Source of the DNA: Verrucomicrobiales bacterium
Lineage (GTDB): Bacteria > Verrucomicrobiota > Verrucomicrobiia > Limisphaerales > CANJXF01
Assembly (NCBI GenBank): GCA_947478865.1
Contig: CANJXF010000003.1
Coordinates: 26,912 to 90,911 of the forward strand
Reading direction: 5' to 3'
DNA: 64,000 nucleotides
Shown: positions 25,874 to 35,510 of the stretch, in pieces
How positions within the stretch are numbered: the first letter of the stretch is position 1
Layout: each line of letters opens with the position of its first letter
Position numbers and translations under genes: made by a program
Notes under the pieces: model-generated
Databases searched by the model: none
Seen by the model: the letters and a program-made list of their open reading frames with translations, nothing else
Told to the model about the DNA's origin: nothing

Positions 25874-27976
25874 TTATTCCGTCCTATAGAGGCGAAAGAA
25901 TTCCATGGGGCCGCTGATCGCGTTGGTGGAGTTGAAAAAGCCTTGGTCAACACCCGTTGACGTGGATGCGTCTTCCCACAAGGCGTCGCCCGAAATGGTT
26001 TGGCTCTTTTGCAGAACGAAGCCCGTGCTGTTGGTTTCCCATCGCAGGACAACGTCGGTCCCGCTTCGCTGCACGAGCAGCGTCGGAGGAGCGGTGGGTG
26101 GAACCACTGGCGTTACGCTCGCCCAGCTCGGGCCGATGCGTAATTCGTCTGCGACCATTAAGGCGGGTTGCACGGTGGCACTGCCGCGCCGGAAAAACAC
26201 GAAGCTCGCAACTTGATTGGTGGTGATGTCCGGGCCAGAGGTGCTGGTAAGAGTGGCTGTAGGCGGTGCGGCAGCGCTAAACGTGGCCGGGTCCGGGTTG
26301 ATCCAGAGATTGGCCACATCATCATTGGTAGTAGCGGTGTTAACGGTGTAACTGCCAACCACAAAAATTGTGTCATTGGTGGTGTAGGACTGGGATGAAT
26401 CAAAGACGCTGCCGCTCGACGCCTTCTTGAGGCCAACTTGATAGCCGTTGCCACCCGCAAGGGTTTGCACTCCGGCGCCGATGACTGACGGTGTTCCGGT
26501 CTGGTTGCCGGTGGAATTGTTGAAAGCAGCGAAAAATCCTCCCGAACTACTGAGCTGTCCGAGGTCGAGCACTTTGAACGCGAACGAATAATAGATAGTG
26601 CCGTTCGTCACCGGGCCGCTGACCGAGATGCGGGCGCTGGGACCCGTTGCTGCGCCGAACAGGATCCGGTTGCCGGTGGCGCCCGGGATCGGCAGGGAGT
26701 TATTCGTGACGGTAACTGCCGCGCCCGCCGGCCCAGCCGAATTCCAAATCGAACCTTGGGGCGAAGTCTGGCCGGGGAGAGAGAGTCCGGAGTTGTAGTT
26801 GAACGGGTCGAATACGGCGACCACGCTGAGCAGCGCGTTGGAACTGGTCACTATGCCCAATGAATTGCTCAGGGCAACGCTATAAAGCCCCCCGTGCGCT
26901 GCTTGCACATTGGTGATGGTGTAGATGGATGCGGTTGCGCCGGGAATAGCCGCGCCATTCAGTTTCCATTGAAAGGCTGGCAGGTTGGTTCCAGCGGGGT
27001 AGACCCGCAAGCTCGTCGTGGAACCGGCCAGCACCTTTTGATTCTGCGGCCCGAGGGAGATGTAAGGAGCGGTTAATCCCGAGACCGTGGGCAAGGCATT
27101 GGTGGCGTAGGTTTTTTCAAAATGAATCATCTCCTCTTTGATCGCGAGCATGCCGTTGTAGACCCAGGCGTAGCTGGCAAAACCGGTAAAGCCGAGGTTC
27201 AACGCCGCGCGACTCCTCGCGTTGATCGCCTGGTCCCATTCGTTGGAGGCGATGCCCGAGCGGCCCCAACCGGTTCCGGCAACGGTCTGCGCAAAATGCT
27301 CGCCCAGGATCAACTTCGCCTTTGGCACGCCGACGGCGTTGTAGCTGTTTAACGAACTCTGATACTGGCCCTGGCACCAGCTCACTGAGTAATTCTGCGC
27401 CTTGATTTCGGCCCCGCTGAGATAGACCTCCGCCGCCACGTAGGCGTTGCTGGAGAGCGCCGTCCACCACGTGCTGCTGTTCCCAGGATTGGAGAATGGG
27501 GCATAGACGACCACGTTGAAGGCATAGGTCTGGCGCAAAAGGCGCACGACTTCGACCAGCCAGTCACGGTAGTCGGAACTGTTCTGCCACTGCGAACTGG
27601 AGATTTCGTTGAGCACAATCCAGTCGGGACGCGGCCCGGTGCTGGTATGGTTGTTCAAGGCGTATTGATTGAATTTGGCGGCTGATTCGGCGGGGGTATT
27701 GGTCGTCCAGCCGTCGTTGAGGCTGTTGTGGTAAACGGCGAGAACGTTGCCTTGCGCGGCAATTTTCAGACGTTGCGCGTCGGTGGTCAGGGCGAGAAAT
27801 CTGCCGTTGGCGCTGGGAACATTCAATGCATCGAAATGGTCGTTGGAAAAGCTGGTGGTGGAAAGGCAGTCACACCCAAAGGTGGTCACCTCGATGCGAA
27901 GGTCCGGTGTGGCGATTGCGCAATAGCTTTGCCAGCAGCAAAGAAAAACGCAGAATCTCGCGAACACTATATGCAT
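25874..27976 (-). CDS. secreted multidomain protein: clan GH-A-like TIM-barrel region, one Ig-like domain, LamG-like module, shared C-terminal domain
   Basis: Signal peptide from MHIVFARFCVFLCCWQSYCAIA. WIVLNEISS and LILGEHF are possible acid/base and nucleophile contexts. YQWKLNG-type Ig. LamG-like module is a paralog of the adhesin module. Ends EFFRLYRTE. Confidence 0.75.
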   Translation of the reverse strand: MHIVFARFCVFLCCWQSYCAIATPDLRIEVTTFGCDCLSTTSFSNDHFDALNVPSANGRFLALTTDAQRLKIAAQGNVLAVYHNSLNDGWTTNTPAESAAKFNQYALNNHTSTGPRPDWIVLNEISSSQWQNSSDYRDWLVEVVRLLRQTYAFNVVVYAPFSNPGNSSTWWTALSSNAYVAAEVYLSGAEIKAQNYSVSWCQGQYQSSLNSYNAVGVPKAKLILGEHFAQTVAGTGWGRSGIASNEWDQAINARSRAALNLGFTGFASYAWVYNGMLAIKEEMIHFEKTYATNALPTVSGLTAPYISLGPQNQKVLAGSTTSLRVYPAGTNLPAFQWKLNGAAIPGATASIYTITNVQAAHGGLYSVALSNSLGIVTSSNALLSVVAVFDPFNYNSGLSLPGQTSPQGSIWNSAGPAGAAVTVTNNSLPIPGATGNRILFGAATGPSARISVSGPVTNGTIYYSFAFKVLDLGQLSSSGGFFAAFNNSTGNQTGTPSVIGAGVQTLAGGNGYQVGLKKASSGSVFDSSQSYTTNDTIFVVGSYTVNTATTNDDVANLWINPDPATFSAAAPPTATLTSTSGPDITTNQVASFVFFRRGSATVQPALMVADELRIGPSWASVTPVVPPTAPPTLLVQRSGTDVVLRWETNSTGFVLQKSQTISGDALWEDASTSTGVDQGFFNSTNAISGPMEFFRLYRTE

Positions 27977-28044
27977 CAGAATCAATTTACCCACATCTGG
28001 GCAAACGCGTAAAGCCTTCGGTGTGGTGGGCTGGTTATGATGCG

Positions 28045-29136
28045 TCATTCGGTCCGGAACCAACTCAACGGGAGGCTTTTGAATTTGAGCGACAATCGAT
28101 TGGTGTGATTCGGCGCGACATAGTAGGTGAGCAGCGCGCGATTGCGCTGAAAGGTGACGCTGGTATAGGCATACGTCGCATCCGGACTGGCCTCAATCGT
28201 TTTGGGTGACGACCAGGTTTTGCCTTCATCGCTAGAAAGCGCGGCCACCAAGGGCGTGCGCGCTTTTAGGTTGGGATTGTAGATCAGCAGCAATTCACCG
28301 CGGCCCGGCAGGCGGGCGATGGTGCTGGGAGATTCGGGGCTGACCACGCCGAACGGGCCGGGCTGCGTCCAACGATTCCCGCCATCGGTGGAAATAGAAA
28401 ACCAGATTTGGCCCATTTGCGTGCGGATGATTTGCAGCAGGCTCCCGTTGCTCAATCCCACCAGGCCTGGCTCCATGGCGCCCCGTTTCGGGCAGTCGAG
28501 GATATCTTCGCTGCGCTTCCAGCTGCGCCCGTTGTCATCGGAGAAATAGATGAAATTACGCAGCGGCTGCTGGCGCGTGCTGACGTCGGCTGAGGAAGAA
28601 ATCGGACAGAGAATCCGGCCTGACTTGAGTTGAAGGGCGCGCGCGTTGTTCATGATGTGGTAGCCCGGCTCGGTCGTGATCAGGAGCGGCGCGCCCCAGG
28701 TCCGGGTGTCATCCGTCGATCGGCGCACCATCAGCTTGAGGTCCGTAGCGGAATTCTTTACGAGAAAGAAAAAGAGCACGTCGCCGGAGCGAGTCCGCAT
28801 CAGGCTCACCGACATCACGTTCTTGTGCCCGACATTTTCCTGGAGAACGAATGGCGCGCTCCAGGTGCGCCCGCCGTCGTTGGATTTTGCGGCCGAGATT
28901 CTTGCGTTGGCAAAATCATCCGGACCACTTGTGAAATCGGACCACGCGGCGAGCAGCGTTCCATCTTTCAGGACCAGAATATCTCCTTCGCTTTGGCGCG
29001 GATGCGCTGCGGAATCAGGCGCGAGGGTGGTCTCGATGATTTCGTGGGAATCCGATTTCCGTTCGCCGCAAAGCATGGTGCAGCCCGGCAAAAAAAGCGC
29101 AATGGCCGCTATCCCAAGCAGGATTCTGGTAATCAT
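28045..29136 (-). CDS. BNR/Asp-box repeat sialidase-like lipoprotein (exo-alpha-sialidase family)
   Basis: Lipobox LFLPGC. Five Asp-boxes (SNDGGRTW, STDDTRTW, SDDNGRSW, STDGGNRW, SSDEGKTW). Confidence 0.85.
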   Translation of the reverse strand: MITRILLGIAAIALFLPGCTMLCGERKSDSHEIIETTLAPDSAAHPRQSEGDILVLKDGTLLAAWSDFTSGPDDFANARISAAKSNDGGRTWSAPFVLQENVGHKNVMSVSLMRTRSGDVLFFFLVKNSATDLKLMVRRSTDDTRTWGAPLLITTEPGYHIMNNARALQLKSGRILCPISSSADVSTRQQPLRNFIYFSDDNGRSWKRSEDILDCPKRGAMEPGLVGLSNGSLLQIIRTQMGQIWFSISTDGGNRWTQPGPFGVVSPESPSTIARLPGRGELLLIYNPNLKARTPLVAALSSDEGKTWSSPKTIEASPDATYAYTSVTFQRNRALLTYYVAPNHTNRLSLKFKSLPLSWFRTE

Positions 29137-29192
29137 CGTTCTATCTCAACATCTGAAGCGATCGTGGAAAAGCACAAAGAAACTAGGTTCGT

Positions 29193-29768
29193 TCAGCCGC
29201 AGCCTGGATAGAATTTTTCGCTGAGGACGAGGTTGAGGTTGTGGGCCGCCAATGTGAGTTCGCTAAACGTGCCGGCGGTATGCGCAGTGCACGCGGTTTT
29301 CTGGAGGCGTTTGGCGGTTTGCCGAAAACGCAAAGCGAGCGCGATGTGTTCGTTGGCATCGCCTAATTCCCGCAATAGTTCACGCACGGTTTGGGCCCGC
29401 AGGCGCGCCTTCTCAATGGTGCGGATCGCGCTCGCCGGTTTGGTCTGGCCGGCTTGAACACTCTTGAGCAATGCGCAATCAAACGCGCGACAGTGCTTCG
29501 GCCGATCCTCGTAAATGCGGCAACGGCAGCCGTCAAACGCTGAACAGGGCTGAGGAAACTTATAGGCCGTTCCGCTCTTCACCGCAGAAATATTGGCACC
29601 AGCCCCGCTTGGCTTGCGCCGGGCCACAAGTCGCAATCCAATTGCCTCAAGCCGATTTGGGTCATCGCCCCGCTGCAATTGGACATCCGCAAAAATCACG
29701 CCGTTGCAACAGAGGCCGCAGGTCAGGCAAAGCTTTTCTGAAACTGAATGGCTGGTCGGCATGAACAA
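29193..29768 (-). CDS. YkgJ-family cysteine-cluster protein (CxxCxxCC)
   Basis: LTCGLCCNGVIF motif near the N-terminus, with further Cys pairs. Confidence 0.7.
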   Translation of the reverse strand: MFMPTSHSVSEKLCLTCGLCCNGVIFADVQLQRGDDPNRLEAIGLRLVARRKPSGAGANISAVKSGTAYKFPQPCSAFDGCRCRIYEDRPKHCRAFDCALLKSVQAGQTKPASAIRTIEKARLRAQTVRELLRELGDANEHIALALRFRQTAKRLQKTACTAHTAGTFSELTLAAHNLNLVLSEKFYPGCG

Positions 29769-29858
29769 CTTTTTAGAAAACGAGCCACACTTTTCTCACC
29801 GGAATTGAATGTTGTAAAGTGGATAGTCGCGCCAGATCGGGACTTGGCGGAATTGGTG

Positions 29859-31052
29859 TTAACTCCGTGCAAAAGCGATCTTTTGCGGAGGCTGGTCGTG
29901 GCGCTGTTGCAGTTCGTAAATGGATTCCACGACCTTGGGCAGGTTCACCTCATGCACTTCGATTCCTACCCCGACATTTTGCAGAAGCGTGATAGTTAGT
30001 TCCCCGCCGAGATGTTCGCGAAACTCCTCGAGTCCCTTGAGCACGAGTAAATTATTCTCGGCATCGACATTGAGCAATTCGTTGGCGAAGAGCGCAAAGC
30101 CGAGTTTTTCGAGCAACGTCAAAATCCGTTCCGCCGCCACGGCGGTGAGCAATCCGATTTTGCGCGAGTAAACGACGTCCAGCGCAATCCCGATCGCCAC
30201 CGCTTCTCCGTGACGGATCTGGTAATCGGAAATCTGCTCCAGCTTGTGCGCCGCCCAATGACCGAAGTCCAGCGGGCGCGCGGAGCCAAATTCAAATGGG
30301 TCGCCGGACGTGGCGATGTGGTTCAAATGCAATTCCGCCGAGCGGAAAATCAGGCGCTGCATCGCGGATGGCTCAAACGCCGCCAGCGCGGCGGCGTCCT
30401 GCTCGATCATCTCGAAGAAACGTTGGTCGCGGATCAGCGCCACCTTGATGGCTTCGATGTAGCCCGCGCGCTTCTCCCGTTCCGGCAATGAGTTGAGCAA
30501 TTGAAAATCGTTAATCACCGCAAAGGGTGGCGCAAAAGTTCCGATGAAATTCTTTTTTCCAAATGCATTGATGCCGTTTTTGACGCCAACGCCGGAATCG
30601 TCCTGGCTCAGCGTTGTGGTCGGGATGCGGATGTGGCGCACGCCGCGATGCGCGGTGGCAGCGGCCAAACCGACGACATCGAGCAGCGCTCCGCCGCCGA
30701 CGGCCAGCACGTAGGAATGGCGATCGACATGATATTTCTCGATGTTCGATTGAATTTCGGAAACGTGGAAATAAGAATTCTTCGCCCGCTCGCCGCCTTC
30801 AATGATCAGGGGTGCGCAGACCAGCTTCACGGATTCCGCATGGGCAGCGAAATAGTTTTCGATACTTTGGACGAGTTCAGGTTGGGCCAGCGCCAGCGAT
30901 TGATCCAGGACCACCAATGCTTTGCGGATCTGGCCGGGTTTGCGGTTGACCAAAACCTCTTTGAGCAAGGGATTTGAAGGGTCGAAAACGGCCTGCGTGA
31001 AGTGAACCCGCAGCTGGAACTCGACTTGAATTGTGCGTTCGATGACGGACAT
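29859..31052 (-). CDS. 3-dehydroquinate synthase family protein (sugar-phosphate cyclase superfamily), divergent
   Basis: AVGGGALLDVVG nucleotide-binding glycine motif. TTTLSQDDSGVGVKNGIN corresponds to the canonical TTLLAQVDSSVGGKTGIN. Metal-ligand His residues are present. Confidence 0.7.
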   Translation of the reverse strand: MSVIERTIQVEFQLRVHFTQAVFDPSNPLLKEVLVNRKPGQIRKALVVLDQSLALAQPELVQSIENYFAAHAESVKLVCAPLIIEGGERAKNSYFHVSEIQSNIEKYHVDRHSYVLAVGGGALLDVVGLAAATAHRGVRHIRIPTTTLSQDDSGVGVKNGINAFGKKNFIGTFAPPFAVINDFQLLNSLPEREKRAGYIEAIKVALIRDQRFFEMIEQDAAALAAFEPSAMQRLIFRSAELHLNHIATSGDPFEFGSARPLDFGHWAAHKLEQISDYQIRHGEAVAIGIALDVVYSRKIGLLTAVAAERILTLLEKLGFALFANELLNVDAENNLLVLKGLEEFREHLGGELTITLLQNVGVGIEVHEVNLPKVVESIYELQQRHDQPPQKIAFARS

Positions 31053-31151
31053 TGGTTTTTTAAATGTGGGAGGTTGGACGAGGGTTTTCGAGTTTTATTT
31101 AAAAATCTCCAAGATTGCCACACCCCTGCAAAACCGATATGAGTCTGCGAA

Positions 31152-31655
31152 ATGTCCACGGTTGCTGAACAATTGCGACAAGCGCGCGAAGCCCAGAATC
31201 TGACGGTTTATCAGGTGGCGGAGATTACAAAAATCCGCACCGACCACATCCGCGCCCTGGACGAAGGCAACTACGATGTTTTCTCCGCGCCGGTTTACAT
31301 CCGCGGTTTTGTCCGCACCTACGCGACGATCTTGAAGCTCGATGTTCCAAAGACGATGGAGTTGCTTGGCGCCGAGTTGGCAAAGACGGACAAACATCAC
31401 GATCATCCGCCGCTCACGAAACAGCGTAAAAGTTTTCTCGACCTGGTGATGTTCCAACTTTCCAAGCTCAACTGGCGCATCGTTCTGCCGGTGCTCGGAA
31501 TCACCGTGTTTATTCTGCTCGCAGTCGGTGCCTGGCGGATGTGGAGCAGCCACAAAGCGAAAGATCCGTTGGCCGACGTGCCGGCCGGTGTGTATCAGGC
31601 GCCCAAGCGCGGCAACGCCGACGTCCTTCCCGTTCCCGCTCAACCGCGCCGTTGA
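31152..31655 (+). CDS. RodZ-like helix-turn-helix membrane protein
   Basis: N-terminal XRE-type HTH (LRQAREAQNLTVYQVAEITKIRTDHIRALDEGNY), PVYIRGFVRTYA, and a single TM segment. Confidence 0.7.
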   Translation: MSTVAEQLRQAREAQNLTVYQVAEITKIRTDHIRALDEGNYDVFSAPVYIRGFVRTYATILKLDVPKTMELLGAELAKTDKHHDHPPLTKQRKSFLDLVMFQLSKLNWRIVLPVLGITVFILLAVGAWRMWSSHKAKDPLADVPAGVYQAPKRGNADVLPVPAQPRR

Positions 31656-31749
31656 TCAGAAAGTTTTTGTTCGGTGTTGGATGTTCGATCATCCAAATCG
31701 CCATTCTCGCCATTGCCATACGACTGAAGATGCGTAACTTGTCCGCCTT

Positions 31750-33456
31750 GTGATGACGAAAGCCCATGAAACGAAACGCCCGGTGCGCGTCGGCCTGATT
31801 TCTCTCGGTTGCGCCAAAAACCTTGTGGACGCCGAAGTTATGCTTGGCTCGTTGATGAAAGGCGGAGTGGAAATCACCAACGACGCCGCCTCTGCGGATG
31901 TCGTGATCGTGAATACCTGTTCGTTTATCGACGCGGCGCAGGAGGAAAGTATCGACGCGATTTTGGAATCTGCGGAAGTGCGTGAAGCCAGCAACCGCGG
32001 CCAGGGCTTGATCGTTTCCGGCTGTCTGCCGCAACGGTTTCGCGACGAGCTTCCAAAACTGTTGCCGGAAGTGGACGCCTTCATGGGCATCGATCAAGTC
32101 GCTCAGGTCTCCCAAATCGTCGAGCAGGCCATGGCGCATCGCCAGGAACGTCTCTCCAGTTCCTCGGCGGGAAGCCTCAAAGGTAAAAAAGAGAAAATCG
32201 TCGGAAAATTCGCCGAGCTGCAAAAAGGCGAAATCCATTCCGCGCATGACGATGAAGAAACGATTCGCGGCACCGATAAATTCGGGAAAACCCGCCGGGC
32301 CGTTGCGCCCGGTCAGCCCGCCACTCAATCGAAAACTCCCACGCCTTTCTTCGATGTGACGCAGCGGCCGGTTTACATTCCCGATTACGAAACGCCGCGC
32401 TTTCGCCTCACGCCCAAACATTTTGCTTACGTGAAAATCGCAGAGGGCTGCAATCATCCCTGCAGTTTTTGCATTATACCGCAAATGCGCGGCAGTCATC
32501 GCAGCAGGTTGCAAAGCGATATCGTCCGCGAGGCGAAACAGCTCATCGCCGATGGGGTGAAGGAGTTGAATCTCATTTCGCAGGACTCGACTTATTACGG
32601 ACTCGATCTTCGTGCCAACCATTCCCGCGCCATCGCTTCGCCGGAAAAATTTAATGCCGCCGCAAAATCATTGCCGGCGGATGCCATCACGCTCTGCACT
32701 TTGATCCGCGAGTTGAACGCGTTGCCCGGTGATTTCTGGATTCGTTTGCTCTACACCCACCCGGCGCACTGGACCGATGAATTGATCCAGACGATCGCCG
32801 ATTGCCCGAAGGTCGCCCGCTACGTGGACATGCCGCTCCAGCATATCCACGAAAACATGCTTGAACGGATGCGTCGCGAAACGTCACAGCAATATATCGT
32901 CGATCTGATCAAAAAAATCCGCGCTGGCATTCCAGGAATTGCGATCCGCACCACGTTTATCGTCGGATTTCCCGGCGAGACGGAGGCTTGCTTCAATACG
33001 CTGCGGGATTTCATTCGCGAAACGAAATTCGAGCGGTTGGGCATCTTTAGCTATTCGAAAGAAGAAGGAACGCGTGCCGGGAAAATGGCGAGCCAGCTCT
33101 CGGATTCGCTGAAAAATAAGCGCAAGAAAATCGCCATGGCCGAGCAATTGAAAGTGGCGCGCGAAATCTCTCAATCGTTCGTTGGGCGCGAGATTAAAGT
33201 GTTGATCGAAAAAGAAGCCAACGAACGTGAACTCCAAAACGCCAGCGTCAGCTCGTGGGAACATGGTTTGATCCGCGGGTCGCAGACTCAGGATTTAAAG
33301 TTCAAAACCAAGAACTTTCTCGTCGCCCGCGGAGAAGCCGATGCTCCAGACATCGATGGACGCATCTTCGTGCAGGGCAAGTTGCCGCTCGGCGAATTTA
33401 CCCGCGTGCGCATTATCGGGCACACGGATTACGATCTGATTGCAGAGGGACTTTGA
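31750..33456 (+). CDS. rimO: ribosomal protein S12 methylthiotransferase RimO (with lineage-specific insertions)
   Basis: MTTase N-domain (VGLISLGCAKNLVD), radical SAM CNHPCSFCIIP, and a C-terminal TRAM-like segment. Confidence 0.85.
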   Translation: MMTKAHETKRPVRVGLISLGCAKNLVDAEVMLGSLMKGGVEITNDAASADVVIVNTCSFIDAAQEESIDAILESAEVREASNRGQGLIVSGCLPQRFRDELPKLLPEVDAFMGIDQVAQVSQIVEQAMAHRQERLSSSSAGSLKGKKEKIVGKFAELQKGEIHSAHDDEETIRGTDKFGKTRRAVAPGQPATQSKTPTPFFDVTQRPVYIPDYETPRFRLTPKHFAYVKIAEGCNHPCSFCIIPQMRGSHRSRLQSDIVREAKQLIADGVKELNLISQDSTYYGLDLRANHSRAIASPEKFNAAAKSLPADAITLCTLIRELNALPGDFWIRLLYTHPAHWTDELIQTIADCPKVARYVDMPLQHIHENMLERMRRETSQQYIVDLIKKIRAGIPGIAIRTTFIVGFPGETEACFNTLRDFIRETKFERLGIFSYSKEEGTRAGKMASQLSDSLKNKRKKIAMAEQLKVAREISQSFVGREIKVLIEKEANERELQNASVSSWEHGLIRGSQTQDLKFKTKNFLVARGEADAPDIDGRIFVQGKLPLGEFTRVRIIGHTDYDLIAEGL

Positions 33457-33480
33457 CAGAATTAACAGAATGGACAGAAT
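33456..33480. repeat. three tandem 9-mers with core ACAGAAT
   Basis: ACAGAATta ACAGAATgg ACAGAATtg in the rimO-pgsA spacer. Overlaps a TTGACA hexamer at 33453-33458. Confidence 0.8.
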
Positions 33481-33507
33481 TGGCTCGAATCTGTTGATAC
33501 TCTCTTA

Positions 33508-34119
33508 ATGAATGTTCCGAATAAACTGACCGTCTCGCGCTTTGTTCTCACCGTCGCGTTTCTGGCGGTTTTTTTCTCGCGCATCCGTTACCACGAATCG
33601 ATTTCCCTCGCGCTCTTTTGCATGGCCAGCCTGACCGATTATTTTGATGGGAAAATTGCGCGCCGCGACAATCTGATTACCAACTTCGGCATCTTGATGG
33701 ATCCCCTTGCAGATAAGATTTTGATTTGCTCGGCCTTCATCGCCTTCGTCGATCGCGCGCCGACCCGCCAGGCCTTGGAATGGATGCCCGCCTGGATGGT
33801 CGTGGTGGTTGTGGCCCGTGAATTGGCCATCACCGGCTTGCGTCTGCTCGCAGCGTCGAAAAACGTCGTGCTTGCCGCCGAGCGTTACGGCAAACACAAA
33901 ACCATTTCGCAGATCGTTTGCATCATTTCCATTCTCGTCCTGGCCAGCCATGTCGATTGGGGTTGGCTCGGAAAACTTTTCAGCTACGACCTTTTCGGTT
34001 TTGGTCCGTGGGTCGTGTGGTTTACAGAATTGTCGAAATGGACGGCGGTTGCGCTGACCGGGTATTCCGGCGTGATGTACCTTTGGAGGAATCGCGCGCT
34101 GTATTTGGATGACGTGTGA
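33508..34119 (+). CDS. pgsA: CDP-diacylglycerol--glycerol-3-phosphate 3-phosphatidyltransferase
   Basis: CDP-alcohol phosphatidyltransferase motif DYFDGKIARRDNLITNFGILMDPLADK. Confidence 0.9.
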   Translation: MNVPNKLTVSRFVLTVAFLAVFFSRIRYHESISLALFCMASLTDYFDGKIARRDNLITNFGILMDPLADKILICSAFIAFVDRAPTRQALEWMPAWMVVVVVARELAITGLRLLAASKNVVLAAERYGKHKTISQIVCIISILVLASHVDWGWLGKLFSYDLFGFGPWVVWFTELSKWTAVALTGYSGVMYLWRNRALYLDDV

Positions 34120-34628
34120 CGATGAGAAACGGATTTGTACTCTGGCTCGCGCAAGGTTTCGGTGTCGGAAGAATTCCATTTGCCCCCGGAACCTTCGGCT
34201 CTGCGATCGGCTTGATCTGGTTTTGGATTCTCCTTTTGCCTAATAGCCCGCTCGCTTTCATCGTTGGCATTCTCGCCAGCGTTTTTGTTTCCGTCTGGCT
34301 CTGCGGCGCGGGCGAAAAAATCCTGAACCAACGCGATCCCGGCTCGATTGTGCTGGATGAAATTATCGCTATTCCGATTTGCTTTGGCAGTTGGCTCGCG
34401 ATGCATTTCTGGAGGAAAGGCATTTGGCCGGAACCGGGATTTTTCTTCTCACAAGAAAATGCGTTGCTCACCGGCGGAGTTTTTCTCTTGTTCCGCCTCT
34501 TTGATATTGCCAAGCCCTGGCCCGTGCGGCAGAGCCAGAACCTGCCCGGCGGTTGGGGTGTGACCGTAGATGACCTTCTCGCGGCCGTTTATGTAAATCT
34601 GGTTGTCTTGATTATTCTCAGTTTTTGA
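34116..34628 (+). CDS. pgpA: phosphatidylglycerophosphatase A
   Basis: GFGVGRIPFAPGTFGS, VLDEI and FDIAKPWP motifs. 4-nt overlap with pgsA. Confidence 0.85.
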   Translation: MTMRNGFVLWLAQGFGVGRIPFAPGTFGSAIGLIWFWILLLPNSPLAFIVGILASVFVSVWLCGAGEKILNQRDPGSIVLDEIIAIPICFGSWLAMHFWRKGIWPEPGFFFSQENALLTGGVFLLFRLFDIAKPWPVRQSQNLPGGWGVTVDDLLAAVYVNLVVLIILSF

Positions 34629-34662
34629 CCGAGCAAATGCGGCATTGCGCCAAAAATTACTT

Positions 34663-35376
34663 TCAAGCCTGTGGGATCTGGATCTTGGGATTGAGGCTTG
34701 CCTTGATTAAGGCGTGGTCAATTTCAGGCAGAATCCGGGAAAGATTCTCTTCAATCAATGCGTCGCAATCTGGCTGCGGAAATTTTTCGAACCCGCCCGA
34801 CGATTGCACGAATCCGCTCAGCACGCGCGCTGAGTAATTTACCAAGCCTTGTCGCAGCGGCATCGAGAAACTCGCCAGAGTGACCCCGTAAATCATGGTG
34901 TGCCACGCGTTGGCATCCCCATCGTCCACCGCGCGAAGGTACCGTTGCAGCCCGCGCTGATCGCGCAACGGGCGAAGCCGTTTCAGCTGCATTTTGCCAA
35001 TCCGTTTGCTTGCGGAGGAAAATATTTTCAACCGGGTATCGTGGGCCTGCTGCTGATCGAGCGTGATCAGTTCGGAGAACTCGTTGCGGCTCGCATGTGC
35101 AAAGGCCTGGCAGATCAGCGGCAGTTCCACTGGCACGAGAAGTTGCCCTCGATAAGATTCCAAAAATCGTTTCAATCCCGCAAAATCCCGGGCGCATTCA
35201 ATCAGGAGTGAGGCGTTGACCATTTCGACGAGCGCCGACCCTTCCGCCGAGCCAATCCGCTCAATCAGCGGGTGGAAATCTCCGGAGAGAATTTCCGTTT
35301 CGCTGGCGTTGAAAATGGTCTGCGGCGGATTCATCAAATTGATTTTGGCGACAAGCAATTCGCTCAATCTTCGCAA
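34663..35376 (-). CDS. hypothetical protein (weak UreF-like helical look)
   Basis: 237-aa ORF with ordinary composition. AWHTMIYGVTLASFSMPLRQGLVNY faintly recalls the UreF core. Not verified. Confidence 0.5.
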   Translation of the reverse strand: MRRLSELLVAKINLMNPPQTIFNASETEILSGDFHPLIERIGSAEGSALVEMVNASLLIECARDFAGLKRFLESYRGQLLVPVELPLICQAFAHASRNEFSELITLDQQQAHDTRLKIFSSASKRIGKMQLKRLRPLRDQRGLQRYLRAVDDGDANAWHTMIYGVTLASFSMPLRQGLVNYSARVLSGFVQSSGGFEKFPQPDCDALIEENLSRILPEIDHALIKASLNPKIQIPQA

Positions 35377-35510
35377 ACTTTACTGGGATTTCGCGAAGTC
35401 TCAAAGTGGGAAATCTTCCGATCAATAAACTTTTTTGATTGCATCGGCGAGTCTGCCCGTTTGTTTTTTTTAAAAACGGTTGCGATTGATATTCGCCCGA
35501 TTATTTTGAT

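Noticed and set aside
31510-32622. 370-aa ORF antisense to rimO
   Set aside because: The plus frame carries the MTTase and radical-SAM motifs, so the antisense frame is a shadow ORF.
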